Virus record (IMG/VR): IMGVR_UViG_3300018080_000105
Span: 64,001-128,000 of that record
Length of the DNA stretch: 64,000 bases
DNA from: a virus
Direction: 5' to 3' (one strand)
Shown here: one piece after another, positions 18,926 to 28,943 of the stretch
How the letters are laid out: every line of letters starts with the position of its first letter
Position numbering within the stretch: the stretch's first letter is position 1
The notes under the pieces: generated by a model
Seen by the model: the letters and a program-made list of their open reading frames with translations, nothing else
Databases searched by the model: none
Told to the model about the DNA's origin: nothing
Made by a program: the position numbers and the translations under genes

Positions 18926-19608
18926 CGTGGCAACAGCATCGCACCACGCAGCATGGTCGGGTCGGCGGAAATGACAAAGTCACATCCAATGGTCGCAGCT
19001 TTGCGACCCTCTACCAAATCATCCACACCGTACGTACCGACTTTCACTTTGTGATGTTTGAACCGCTGCGCCTCGCCAACGCTGGCCCAGCAAATGTGAG
19101 AATTGACCGCATGAATCCATGGGTTGTCCCGCAAGTACAACGACGACGCCAACGCGGGGTCGACGACGTTCCAGATCATACGATGCGGACAACCCGCTTT
19201 TCGTAAGCGGTAAAGCAGGGAGGGGTTGAACGAGAGAATCTCCGTTTGCTCCGGAAGATCTGCCTGACACACCGCTGTAACGAGAGACGACATGTAAATA
19301 TCCGACAGATTGTGAACCTTCAGTTCCACCATCAGAATCGGGTTATCGTCAATCAGCTGTACCAACGTGCCAAGCTCTGGCAAGTTGATCCCTGCGTCCC
19401 AAAGTTCGTTACGTCGCACAGTGGGAATGTAGAGTTCTTTCCCGTCATTCGACGTCTGTAACGGGTCGTGCGTCAGCATCAGGTAACCGTCAGACGTCAT
19501 CACCACATCGACCTCGACGTGAGTAACGCCTTCCGCCCTCGCGGCCATCACCGCATTCATGGTGTTCTCGGCACCAAATCCTATCCCGCGGTGTGACGCG
19601 AATCGCAT
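18922..19608 (-). CDS. Glycerophosphodiester phosphodiesterase (GDPD)
   Basis: SHRG...ENT, VEVDV, HD, MVELK, GTYGVD. Confidence 0.9.
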   Translation of the reverse strand: MRFASHRGIGFGAENTMNAVMAARAEGVTHVEVDVVMTSDGYLMLTHDPLQTSNDGKELYIPTVRRNELWDAGINLPELGTLVQLIDDNPILMVELKVHNLSDIYMSSLVTAVCQADLPEQTEILSFNPSLLYRLRKAGCPHRMIWNVVDPALASSLYLRDNPWIHAVNSHICWASVGEAQRFKHHKVKVGTYGVDDLVEGRKAATIGCDFVISADPTMLRGAMLLPR

Positions 19609-19850
19609 TGTTCATCCTTCTTTGCAGTATTGACCTGCAAGCAGCGGTCGTTGTATCTCCAGTTCGGCAACCGCCTCGCATCAAAGAACTCTTTGACAGG
19701 TCGACCATTGAACGGTCCCAACGGTGTCGTGTCGTCATGCTCCGGATTAGATTCGATGATCCCGTCCGTTACCTGGAAGAACGTAGACTGCCGAGTGGTA
19801 TGTTCAATCCAGGCGTAACGGTACAGACCGTCGATATTTGTGGTCATCAA
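19581..19850 (-). CDS. Hypothetical protein
   Basis: GAGGAGG SD. Confidence 0.5.
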   Translation of the reverse strand: MMTTNIDGLYRYAWIEHTTRQSTFFQVTDGIIESNPEHDDTTPLGPFNGRPVKEFFDARRLPNWRYNDRCLQVNTAKKDEQCDSRHTAG

Positions 19851-19859
19851 CCCCTCCTC

Positions 19860-19884
19860 GCCCGCCGGATTTTACCCGGCGGGC
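19860..19884. terminator. 9-bp GC hairpin between genes
   Basis: GCCCGCCGG-ATTTTAC-CCGGCGGGC; no U-tract, so role uncertain. Confidence 0.4.
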
Positions 19885-19901
19885 ACTTCAGTGCAAGTTA
19901 G

Positions 19902-22900
19902 CTAGTTGAGGATCAGAAAATCGTAATTGAGCGGGTCGTTTTCATATTCTCCGTCTACTGCCCGTTCTGCAGCTTCCGGGTCATCAAAGCGCCACTCCAA
20001 CTGACAACTGTCGTACTGCTCACACGCGTCAGTCAGCACCGTTGCCCCGGGAGTACCCTCCGCGTTGTCCCCCAGGTGATCCCAGCCACCATCCCAGAAC
20101 CCGACGCCGTGACCGTTGCGTGTCATGTTGAAAGCATGACCGGCCGCAGATTCACGGTTCTCGAAATACTGACAGTGATCCTGGTAGAAACACCAAGCGT
20201 CTCGCAACACCGCATAGAAATCACCAGTCGACGCGACGGCCTGCGCAGCAATCTCCAAGTTTGGATCCATGCCGAGCAACGGACAAGTCGAGTCATCGTT
20301 GTCGTCATTACCGCAAACCGCAAATGATGCCAAGCTGTGAATGTAGCCGTCCCAGAATGCGTTGAACCCGGGATCATCCGTCAACATCAGCAACGGCAAT
20401 CGAGGATTGTCTTCGATGCTGATTGCCCAAGTGTTATCGTCAAATACCAGCGTAATCCGTGTCGTACGATCCACTGATAACGCACGCAACAACCCGTTCT
20501 GGCACGACGGGTCAGTCCACAACCCAGCATCCCGACCTGCTGCGGCCCTCCAGAACATTCGGCCGTTCTCAAACGGAGTCAAATGCACACTGGGCATGAG
20601 GTGTTGATACCGGTTAGCAAACGCACACACTTCGTCGCACAACGGGTTGAACAAAGGTTCATCCGAAAACAACCCCACAACAGCATCCGCCGCATCATGG
20701 TAACTATCCTCCCAATCAGCAAACCGGCTAGGCAGCCTCTCAGAGATATGAAACCCAAGTTCGTACAGATATCCTCGCAGAAAATCCTGTTCAAACTGCT
20801 GCATCCGTTCAGCCACAGTTGACGGGTCGTCTGCCAAGAGCTCGATCGTAGGGTATGACGACTGCATCAAGACCGGAGAGCTTGGCTGTTCAGCGTAACG
20901 CACCCAGAAGGGCTGAAATTGTGTAGCCCAGATTTCCCGCCAATTTATGCTACTTTCCTGCCACAAACGGGCATTCCATTCATCAATATCCGGCGTACTG
21001 ATGTGATTCCTCGCATAGAAGAACGACATCCCGACATCGTGCAAATGTAAGTCATGATCGAGCACATCTTCTGCCACACTCTGGTAAACAGTCATGCACT
21101 CATCGTGGATCTCCTGCAGCAAATCAAAGCGGATCCGTCGCAGGGTGTCGAACAGGAACGCGCGATTACCATCATCAGATGGAAACACACGTTCGTCATC
21201 TTCGTTAAGCACATGTAACTGCATCGCTGCCAGGTAGCCGTCCATGAACACATGATAACCCGGAAGGTTACCATTTGATGGATACTGCGATCGACACAAC
21301 ACCGCGGCAGGCACCTCAGTTACCGCCCGAGGGTACACGCGCAACCAGCAAGAGCTGTAGGAAATCGTATCCGGTGCCGCCTGCCCTGGCATACCAGTCA
21401 TCCATCCCTGCACCGGCCAGTTGTTTTGCATGAGTGCCAAAACATACCCAGCCTGTGCCGGGTTTGAAACCTGGCCCGGCCGAGTAAGGTCCGCCGTCGC
21501 CACCTGCTGGATGTTTGCCAACACGGCTGCATCTCCCGGCGAACAACTCACACGTCGAGTGACGTAGTGCAAAAACTCAACGTAGTTGATCGTACGAAAA
21601 TCAATTTCAACATCAGGAGCCACCACTGCCGTCACCATCAGCCCCATCACGTAACCATCCCAAGCCATCCTCATCTCAGACGTTTGCATCTCAGACGGGT
21701 AATACCTCATGAGGCCTGTTGCCTGGTTTGCATCCGGATGCGGACACTGTCGCAGTGTCAGCGCGGTCCAGTCGTTACCCTGCCCGTCGACTTCAAACCA
21801 AAATGGTGCTTTCGTCCACGCCAGTTCACGCAACTGCGTGATGTACAGTTGCTCGTACTCCGGATTCTCGGGCAGCGTGATACGGTTCAGAAAAGAGCAG
21901 AATGCCATCCCGTAATAAAAGTAGGTGCGATCAGGCGCCGGTTCTTCTGAATGCGTCAAAACTTCAAAGCCCTGCCGCAACAGATCAACCAAATCCCTCA
22001 CCGCCTCATGCTGCTCCAGAAACACCATAAGCTGACCCTCATGGTAGCGCAAATTCAAATAATCCGCATCTACCAGTCGCACAAGGCTACCGTCGTAGTT
22101 GCGGGTCAGCGTCCCCGTCGCCTCCAGGAAACCTCTCGCAAAATCTACAAAGTCAGACGGTCGATTAAAAATCTGTGCCTGCTCCTCCACAGTGCGAGAG
22201 TAATACTCCAGCGACGTCTGCCACTGAGTCGCTGCCGGCGCTGGTGGTTCGTTCATGTGTTGCCGCTCGAAACCAGCTCGCGGAGAACTGACTTCACTGA
22301 CAATTTCATACACCACCTCTGCGTCCGGCAAAGCTGGATGATCACCGACCCTCGCCGCGGCGAGAACGATTCGCCACTGGGGTTGCTGCGCCGCCCAGTT
22401 AGCAATTCGCAACCGCACATCCGCAGGCAGCGTACCTACCCGCGTCGCCAACGTATCGCTAATCATGTGATCTTCTGCGTTCAACGCCCATGCGGCCGCG
22501 GCCCCGAACAACCACTCCTGTGCTGCTGGAACATTTCCCGCACACCGACTGCAGTAGTTCATGAAAAACGTCCGCTTGTCTTCGAGAGTTTGGTTGTGCT
22601 CTAAGTAGCTCTGCACCGTTTGGCGACGGATATGAGGATCAGGTATCGCCCCGAATCCCTGGGCCTGCGACGCGACAACCCACAACCCGGATAAGAACCC
22701 ATGAAACGCTGCGTCAAACGACGAATCACCATCCGCCAGCATTGGCGGATCCTCGTTACCAAAAACCTGTACCGGTGGAGGCGGATCATCCACCCGTCGC
22801 ATCTCTGCCGGAGCCGGCATCAACAGCACCGGATGGGCGGGGTATCGCACACCATCTGAAAGCTCCACTTCCATCGTGGGCCGCTGCCCGTCAATTGTAT

Positions 22901-23084
22901 GCCCGTTAGGGCACCGCCGTCTCGGTGTCGTAGCCTTGAAGACCGCTTGGCATTCCTGGCAGATGTACTCCAGTTCAGGATGCGGCAGCGGTCCTCCGTG
23001 CAGAAAGCGTTTGTACTCAGCCGGGTCAAGCTGTTGTCGGTGCATCGCCAACCCGATCAAAACATGTTCATCAAGTCGGGGCAT
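19902..23084 (-). CDS. Large acidic protein with internal repeats and a C-terminal TRNGHGxGFWD domain
   Basis: 1060 aa; N-terminal CxxC...CPNGH; six F/WxxG(Y/F)L-type repeats; GHAFNMTRNGHGVGFWD motif seen in uncharacterised phage proteins. Confidence 0.7.
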   Translation of the reverse strand: MPRLDEHVLIGLAMHRQQLDPAEYKRFLHGGPLPHPELEYICQECQAVFKATTPRRRCPNGHTIDGQRPTMEVELSDGVRYPAHPVLLMPAPAEMRRVDDPPPPVQVFGNEDPPMLADGDSSFDAAFHGFLSGLWVVASQAQGFGAIPDPHIRRQTVQSYLEHNQTLEDKRTFFMNYCSRCAGNVPAAQEWLFGAAAAWALNAEDHMISDTLATRVGTLPADVRLRIANWAAQQPQWRIVLAAARVGDHPALPDAEVVYEIVSEVSSPRAGFERQHMNEPPAPAATQWQTSLEYYSRTVEEQAQIFNRPSDFVDFARGFLEATGTLTRNYDGSLVRLVDADYLNLRYHEGQLMVFLEQHEAVRDLVDLLRQGFEVLTHSEEPAPDRTYFYYGMAFCSFLNRITLPENPEYEQLYITQLRELAWTKAPFWFEVDGQGNDWTALTLRQCPHPDANQATGLMRYYPSEMQTSEMRMAWDGYVMGLMVTAVVAPDVEIDFRTINYVEFLHYVTRRVSCSPGDAAVLANIQQVATADLTRPGQVSNPAQAGYVLALMQNNWPVQGWMTGMPGQAAPDTISYSSCWLRVYPRAVTEVPAAVLCRSQYPSNGNLPGYHVFMDGYLAAMQLHVLNEDDERVFPSDDGNRAFLFDTLRRIRFDLLQEIHDECMTVYQSVAEDVLDHDLHLHDVGMSFFYARNHISTPDIDEWNARLWQESSINWREIWATQFQPFWVRYAEQPSSPVLMQSSYPTIELLADDPSTVAERMQQFEQDFLRGYLYELGFHISERLPSRFADWEDSYHDAADAVVGLFSDEPLFNPLCDEVCAFANRYQHLMPSVHLTPFENGRMFWRAAAGRDAGLWTDPSCQNGLLRALSVDRTTRITLVFDDNTWAISIEDNPRLPLLMLTDDPGFNAFWDGYIHSLASFAVCGNDDNDDSTCPLLGMDPNLEIAAQAVASTGDFYAVLRDAWCFYQDHCQYFENRESAAGHAFNMTRNGHGVGFWDGGWDHLGDNAEGTPGATVLTDACEQYDSCQLEWRFDDPEAAERAVDGEYENDPLNYDFLILN

Positions 23085-23087
23085 ACA

Positions 23088-23417
23088 TCACACTCGAATC
23101 TCTTCCAGAACCTCGAAAATCTCGGCAGAGTAATCGGGATCGCCCAGCTCTTCTTTCAGCATGAGTGACCCACAGTTCTGCATATCATCAGACTCAGCCA
23201 CCGCCGCCAACACCAGCACGCCCGCCAATTCAAACGGGCGTTCATGCGGTATCAGCGACGCTACGTGATCGACCCACTTGTTCCGATCATCTTCTGAGCC
23301 GAAGCAGCAAACATCAAACCCTTCGCACTGAGATACGATTCGGAAACCGTACTCAGTAGTCTTGTTGTCGCCGTCGTAATGAATCGTGCGATCCATCTCG
23401 TAGACATTAAATGACAA
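23088..23417 (-). CDS. Hypothetical protein
   Basis: Operon order. Confidence 0.55.
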   Translation of the reverse strand: MSFNVYEMDRTIHYDGDNKTTEYGFRIVSQCEGFDVCCFGSEDDRNKWVDHVASLIPHERPFELAGVLVLAAVAESDDMQNCGSLMLKEELGDPDYSAEIFEVLEEIRV

Positions 23418-23434
23418 AACGTTGCTCCGTTGTC

Positions 23435-23737
23435 TTAGACTTGCTCATGCTCGACACGAACCTTCGGGTCGAAGATGACGAAACCCAACGTGTGATGATC
23501 GTAAGCGTAAGCAGCCCAGATTCGCTCCTCGATCTGCAACACGATCAACATCTTGTTGACGTACATCGCATCAATGCCCTTATTGGCCAAGGCCTCTCGC
23601 AGTGACTCATTAGCGTCATCCATCGACAACCGCAGATGCTCATAGGCGAAAGGGAACTCAGACAGCCCGTAGTGCATGTCCCAGAACTGCGTTCCCACTT
23701 TCAAATCGTCAACATTGTGTTGTAAAAAATCAGACAT
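23435..23737 (-). CDS. Hypothetical protein
   Basis: Operon order. Confidence 0.55.
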   Translation of the reverse strand: MSDFLQHNVDDLKVGTQFWDMHYGLSEFPFAYEHLRLSMDDANESLREALANKGIDAMYVNKMLIVLQIEERIWAAYAYDHHTLGFVIFDPKVRVEHEQV

Positions 23738-23924
23738 CCTTCAGCGATACCCCCAACCGCTTCGCCCGACGCTGCAGCCAACCACGAATCGGCGCGTCTT
23801 CCGGACAACGACCTTTGTTGAGTCGCTTCAGCGCTTCTTCAATCGCCATATCGCCGGTCTTGACCTGCTCACGAATTCCACGCGTGTCTTTTCTCACATC
23901 ATTCTCCAAGGCTGAGGCGGACAT
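23730..23924 (-). CDS. Hypothetical protein
   Basis: Coupled to neighbours. Confidence 0.5.
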   Translation of the reverse strand: MSASALENDVRKDTRGIREQVKTGDMAIEEALKRLNKGRCPEDAPIRGWLQRRAKRLGVSLKDV

Positions 23925-24087
23925 AGTCCACCATGTCAGTCATTTCATACGATTCCCACAGCACCTGTCTTGGATTGCTGCGGTGGTACAAACAAAGCGT
24001 GCCACCCGCAAAATAGCGAACAGCAAAGTAATCAGTGTTGAGAATCCGGTGCTCTTTGAACCGGATGTACGTCGTCAGATGGCTCAC
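23899..24087 (-). CDS. Hypothetical protein
   Basis: Coupled to neighbours. Confidence 0.4.
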   Translation of the reverse strand: MSHLTTYIRFKEHRILNTDYFAVRYFAGGTLCLYHRSNPRQVLWESYEMTDMVDYVRLSLGE

Positions 24088-24503
24088 GACGACTTCGTGT
24101 CACTGAACAAGTGCGTCAGGTCCACTTCGTAGATAATCGTGTACTGGGTCTGCATCGTCTTTGGATGCCAGTGCGACGTCACATGCAGCACCGTTGTATG
24201 GTCGTCGCGAAGCGCTGTAAGTCGCCGCAACACGTTGGTCGGATCCGCGTACTCTTTCAACAACACCGGAGCCTTCGCGATCTCCGCCAGCCAAGTCGCC
24301 AACGATGCGTCTGTCACTTCCCGCCCGCCGGAAACCGGCCGCACGTAGTCTCGATCATCAAACGTGTTAGGGCCAGCATGCAGGATATCCACCTTCATAC
24401 CCGCCCGCCCCTCCAACGCAAAGAACAGGTGATGATCACAACCAGCGGCTTCCGCCCGCGACCACAACCCTGGCGGCAACGCAGCCGCCGTCTCGTAACT
24501 CAT
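24084..24503 (-). CDS. Hypothetical protein
   Basis: GGAGA SD, operon order. Confidence 0.55.
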   Translation of the reverse strand: MSYETAAALPPGLWSRAEAAGCDHHLFFALEGRAGMKVDILHAGPNTFDDRDYVRPVSGGREVTDASLATWLAEIAKAPVLLKEYADPTNVLRRLTALRDDHTTVLHVTSHWHPKTMQTQYTIIYEVDLTHLFSDTKSS

Positions 24504-24574
24504 GACGTTCTCCTTCCCAAACGTTGTCCGGACATGTCCGGATTCTGTTCGGTAATTCTCAGAACCCTGTAAAA

Positions 24575-25324
24575 TCAGGCCGACACCGTTTCAGCGATGG
24601 CCGGATCTTGTCCAAATATGTCCGGATTCGACTCCGAACAGTATTTTGGCTCTTTCATGTACGCGACCATCTTGTCCTGCACATACTCCAGCAACTGCTG
24701 AGAAGGGCGATCCAGAATACCCTCGTCCGCATGCACAGCACCCGGGACGAGCTTCAACCAGATCAACGCCATCGTGACCCGCTCTTGCCACTTTGCCACG
24801 TCGTGGCCCTGCAGCCCGAGACCGCTGACAATCAGAGCCCGTAACGTTTCATGTTGCAGGAACACCGGCAATGGTTTGTCGAGCATCTTTGGGTCCGGAT
24901 CTTTGACAAGGTATTCAGCCTCGCCAACCTCCAGATCCAAGTCAGAGTCTGCAACCCAAACCCATCCCATCACGTAATCGCCGGCATCTCCGCTCCCTGA
25001 AACAGGGGCATCAGCATCAACCTCGATCTTGCCGTCTTCTGCAAGGTGCTCCCTCGCATACGCGACCCGCAATTTGTCAACAACTGTTTGCTCATTCTCT
25101 CGCCGCCAGGACACAGTGCTCGGCAGCAGTGACAGAAAAAGATCGGCATTCGTATCGATCGCTTTCAACGTGGCAGCGATCACGTCCCGTATCGCAGAAG
25201 TCTTGTACGTACTCACAATCAATTGCGGCGGGATGTCTTCGTGCATTGCCGTCTGCTGCCCGACCCACTCAACCAACTTCTCGAAGTCAATGTTCGATAA
25301 ATCGCCCGTCATCAAGCCCTCCAA
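24575..25324 (-). CDS. Hypothetical acidic protein
   Basis: Contains EDGKIEVD.DA.VS.SGD.G.YVMGWVWV, a motif typical of small phage proteins. Confidence 0.6.
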   Translation of the reverse strand: MEGLMTGDLSNIDFEKLVEWVGQQTAMHEDIPPQLIVSTYKTSAIRDVIAATLKAIDTNADLFLSLLPSTVSWRRENEQTVVDKLRVAYAREHLAEDGKIEVDADAPVSGSGDAGDYVMGWVWVADSDLDLEVGEAEYLVKDPDPKMLDKPLPVFLQHETLRALIVSGLGLQGHDVAKWQERVTMALIWLKLVPGAVHADEGILDRPSQQLLEYVQDKMVAYMKEPKYCSESNPDIFGQDPAIAETVSA

Positions 25325-25602
25325 AGCAGACCGACCACCAAGCCGGCAAAGAACACCAGGCCCAACAGCCCGGCCAGTAAGACGCAGCCCAGCATTTCCA
25401 AAGCACGCTGGTCGTCATCGTATTCATCCGCAAAAGCAACCTGCCCGCCAAGCGGCCAGATCACCGGCAAAGAAAGAGCGTCGACATGAATCACCACCTG
25501 TTCCTGCTCAACCAACTCTTTCAGTGGCCCTTGCGGACGAGAATCGCTCCACAAATAGCCGTCTCCGCAACACAAAGCATCGCAGAGCACCGGAAGATCC
25601 AT
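25312..25602 (-). CDS. Membrane protein
   Basis: C-terminal TM helix. Confidence 0.5.
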   Translation of the reverse strand: MDLPVLCDALCCGDGYLWSDSRPQGPLKELVEQEQVVIHVDALSLPVIWPLGGQVAFADEYDDDQRALEMLGCVLLAGLLGLVFFAGLVVGLLWRA

Positions 25603-25657
25603 TCCGTCAGCTTCCTCGCTGAAGTAATCACGGATTACGTCCAGCGCCAGCTTCGCA

Positions 25658-25954
25658 TCATCGGTCAGATAGATGATCCACCTCCGATAAGTTCTTCAGG
25701 CTGCCGACCCGGTATCCCAGAAACATCCCGGCCGCTAGCGTCGTGATACACACGAGCATAAACACACCATCTGCAATGTAAAAATGACCGGGCGGAGATG
25801 GTGCTCCCGTCATCTCGTACAACCCCGTAGGCGTCCAAATTGAGTAAGCATCTCCTTCGATACACTGTTGCCAGTATTCAGCCCATCGTGAGGTGTCGAC
25901 CTCTGCGCCGGGCAAAGGGGGCGGCGGCGGGACTGGCCCCGGCGGCGGGTACAT
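25658..25954 (-). CDS. Pro-rich membrane protein
   Basis: MYPPPGPVPPPPP N-terminus, C-terminal TM; GGAGG SD. Confidence 0.45.
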   Translation of the reverse strand: MYPPPGPVPPPPPLPGAEVDTSRWAEYWQQCIEGDAYSIWTPTGLYEMTGAPSPPGHFYIADGVFMLVCITTLAAGMFLGYRVGSLKNLSEVDHLSDR

Positions 25955-26231
25955 ACGATTGTCCTCCTGGTTGTGCGATATTGTAATCAAGCGATTCCGG
26001 ATCGCCGGACTCTTCAAAAACTTCCTCATCGTGATGATGATGCGCTCGTCGTAGAATCTGATCGATATCGAGTCCTTCCCGGTCACACAAATGCAACAGA
26101 TCCACGAACAGATCTGCCACCATGTCCAGATAGTCTTCCAGGTTACCCAGGTAACTGGATTGATTCGTTTCTCGTGCAAATGCGGACACAGCCTTTTCAG
26201 CCCATGCCGCACGCTGCGCGTTCGTAGTCAT
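25878..26231 (-). CDS. Conserved small phage protein
   Basis: NAQRAAWA...ADLFVDLLHLCD..G pattern. Confidence 0.55.
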   Translation of the reverse strand: MTTNAQRAAWAEKAVSAFARETNQSSYLGNLEDYLDMVADLFVDLLHLCDREGLDIDQILRRAHHHHDEEVFEESGDPESLDYNIAQPGGQSYVPAAGASPAAAPFARRRGRHLTMG

Positions 26232-26321
26232 GTGTTACCTTTCCGACAAGAGCGGAAGTGGGGGATTCGCACCCCTCGCTGCAATCTCCGCAGCAACTCG
26301 TACGCCCGATCTTTCCGTGTA

Positions 26322-26582
26322 TCAGTCACCTTTGGCATTGGCAGCCTCCTCGCACACAGGGCAGACCTGGTACAGAATGTACTCCTGCAACTCGTTGAAC
26401 GTGCCCGCCGCATAGATGAGCAGTAACAGCGCGAACAGAAGCACACTACCGATAGCCAAGCCTTTCAGTGCTTCGCTGGCGGCACGTCCGTGCTCGGCCG
26501 CCAGAACCACAGCAAGCAACCACGCGACCAGAAACACAATCAGCACCAAGACGTCTGCTGTGTGAGCTACCGTCCAATTCAT
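26322..26582 (-). CDS. Two-TM membrane protein
   Basis: Hydrophobic segments. Confidence 0.55.
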   Translation of the reverse strand: MNWTVAHTADVLVLIVFLVAWLLAVVLAAEHGRAASEALKGLAIGSVLLFALLLLIYAAGTFNELQEYILYQVCPVCEEAANAKGD

Positions 26583-26869
26583 GTTACTGCTTTCTGAAGT
26601 TGCGCAATCTCGTCGGTGAGTCGCTGCATCACCAAGCCCATCGCTTCTTCTTTCGCTGCCTCCAGGCCTCCGGCTTGCAACTCATGAGTTTTGAAAAACG
26701 GATCGCACGACAATAGCCAGGTATCCGGCGGATAATGAATGTGACGATGTACTCTGATCCGCACCGCACCACACGACAGACACCAGGCTTTCGGCTTCCG
26801 TTCCTCTACCGGTTCTCTCTGCGAGTAGCTCGAAATGTCTTCCCACTCAGGTTTTTTTGTTTTTGCCAT
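26579..26869 (-). CDS. Hypothetical protein
   Basis: MAKTKKPEW start. Confidence 0.5.
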   Translation of the reverse strand: MAKTKKPEWEDISSYSQREPVEERKPKAWCLSCGAVRIRVHRHIHYPPDTWLLSCDPFFKTHELQAGGLEAAKEEAMGLVMQRLTDEIAQLQKAVT

Positions 26870-27284
26870 CGGTAGCGTGGATCTCCCCTTCTTTGAGGTC
26901 AGCAGCATCCTCGGTTGTAATGCTGACAGTCTGATTCCAACCGGTGCCAATTTGGAGTGTCACACCTGTTTCTACAATGTGGCGAACGGCAATGGACACC
27001 TGCTCCTTAATAATACTACCTACCTTTCTGTCGACTGCGTCGCGAATCTTCCTGTCCATATCACGGTCCAGGCGATTACTAATCCAGCGATCCATACGCT
27101 CCTTTGGTATAGATATCGTTTCGAGCTCTGCTGTGGCACGCTCTTCCAAGCGCTTCTGGATCTTTTCCACATGCTCGTCAACCTGTGAACGCAGCTGTTC
27201 AGCTGAGAGCATCTTATTCACCACGTCCCGCACAGCATTTTTCAACTGAGCAGGCGTTACTCTAATCTCCAATCCGTCCATCAC
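26847..27284 (-). CDS. Coiled-coil hypothetical protein
   Basis: Heptad-like composition. Confidence 0.55.
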   Translation of the reverse strand: MMDGLEIRVTPAQLKNAVRDVVNKMLSAEQLRSQVDEHVEKIQKRLEERATAELETISIPKERMDRWISNRLDRDMDRKIRDAVDRKVGSIIKEQVSIAVRHIVETGVTLQIGTGWNQTVSITTEDAADLKEGEIHATDGKNKKT

Positions 27285-27930
27285 TCAAACTTTCAGATAT
27301 TAAGTTCTCAGGCAGAAACGGCAGATGCAGCGACGTTGTGGACATATACCATTCCACAGACTCCCACTCATCAAACGGATCCCCCGTCGTTTCGTAATAG
27401 AGCTGGGCCACTTCGTTGTCAGCCTGCACCCGGATCGTCTCCAATCGCCACTGTACGTCGCGCATCGGTTCGTGATAAGCGACAGCAACGATGTACGTGT
27501 CACCATGCGTGAACTGAGGGTTGTTCCCCAGCGCACCGCCCGGCAACCATTCGGACGTCACCATGAGCCGCTGCGGCCCTTTGAATGGCGTCAAGAGGTC
27601 CGTGCCAGACCGACTTACTCGCGTCCGGTACTCTGTCAACTCTTCAGCAGTCACCTGCTCTACTGACATCAACCGCACCAACAGCTCGCCAATCAGTGCC
27701 TTTCGCTCGGCCGACAGGTATCGCCACTGACGCTGCGACTTTGACAGTACGTCGATCAGTGCCAGCAGGTCTCGCTCTGCCTGGGACATGTCACGAGCGT
27801 GCACCCACAGCTCGTCCAGCTGTGTTTGCAAGTGCACCACGGCCACTCCGGAGTTGAGCTTCATCGCTTCCAGATAGTAAGCCCAGGAGCGTTCCAGCTT
27901 TTCAGTCAGACGCGATATCGGGGCAACCAT
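27262..27930 (-). CDS. Hypothetical protein
   Basis: GGAGAG SD before ATG 27930. Confidence 0.55.
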   Translation of the reverse strand: MVAPISRLTEKLERSWAYYLEAMKLNSGVAVVHLQTQLDELWVHARDMSQAERDLLALIDVLSKSQRQWRYLSAERKALIGELLVRLMSVEQVTAEELTEYRTRVSRSGTDLLTPFKGPQRLMVTSEWLPGGALGNNPQFTHGDTYIVAVAYHEPMRDVQWRLETIRVQADNEVAQLYYETTGDPFDEWESVEWYMSTTSLHLPFLPENLISESLSDGRIGD

Positions 27931-28927
27931 TGTCACTCTCCAGGAACACAGTAAACGCTTCAGAGTAATATCGCAGCACGCCAGACGTGACAGCCAACCG
28001 GGCCACATCTGTCAATGCGGACTCGATCACCGTGAACTCCGGCTTGGAAATATACCTGGTGACTGCCCGCTTCCGCATAAATGCCTTCAGCATCGCCATC
28101 AGGTCATCTTCCAGCTGCGGAAGATTGTACAGCGGCCGGTTGACGATCTGATCATTCAGCGAGATCAACGACTCGTCAGCACAGATCAAATACGCATGCC
28201 GCAACGCATCCGCCCAGCCCCCTGCCTGCTTCTGTGCTTCCTCAGAAGAAAACAACGGCGCAGACAGATCCGGCTCCCCGCCTTCAGCCTCATTCTCTTG
28301 AATCGCCTGGATGGTACTGAACTTGACCTCGCCAACCACGGACAAGTCTCGCACGAAGCCTATGCCGTCCAGCTCTTCGTGTATTTCGTAGGTCATACCG
28401 CGAGGAGTTACGATCGCCTGTTGACCGACCTGCAGAGCGTACGAATCCGCTCCGCGACAGCGATTAAGCAGCTCGGCCACCTCCTTCGCCGGGCCAGCAA
28501 TCTGCTTAACTTCCATAGCGCCAAGCGATTCTTTTGTCGCACTCGGGTGCAGTGTCACGTCCAGCAACACCAGTGACCCAAGAGGCATGTTGTCGTAGTA
28601 AATCACTCCCGGAGGCTCCGAGTCGTACGGCTCTACCACGCGGAGCTGGAACTCCGCGCCCATCAACACGCCGATCCCGTCGGCGCCCGGAAGTATCGTT
28701 GGTGCCGGCTCTTTGACCACTGCAACCAGCTCACACTTCCCAAGCCCGTCAATATCCAGCGAAATAGGGTCATCATTTAGGTCCTGGTCAACCAGCTGTC
28801 GCATTACCGCCACCGGCCCCATCACAGCCGTTGCATACAACAACTCTTCACGCAGCGACAAGCCGACCAACCAGATACCGTTGGGCAACTTCACGTCGCT
28901 ATAATCAACCACAGCTTCTTTTTGCAT
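27902..28927 (-). CDS. Hypothetical protein
   Basis: 341 aa ORF, operon order. Confidence 0.65.
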   Translation of the reverse strand: MQKEAVVDYSDVKLPNGIWLVGLSLREELLYATAVMGPVAVMRQLVDQDLNDDPISLDIDGLGKCELVAVVKEPAPTILPGADGIGVLMGAEFQLRVVEPYDSEPPGVIYYDNMPLGSLVLLDVTLHPSATKESLGAMEVKQIAGPAKEVAELLNRCRGADSYALQVGQQAIVTPRGMTYEIHEELDGIGFVRDLSVVGEVKFSTIQAIQENEAEGGEPDLSAPLFSSEEAQKQAGGWADALRHAYLICADESLISLNDQIVNRPLYNLPQLEDDLMAMLKAFMRKRAVTRYISKPEFTVIESALTDVARLAVTSGVLRYYSEAFTVFLESDNGCPDIASD

Positions 28928-28943
28928 CTACATCAGCTCCGTT

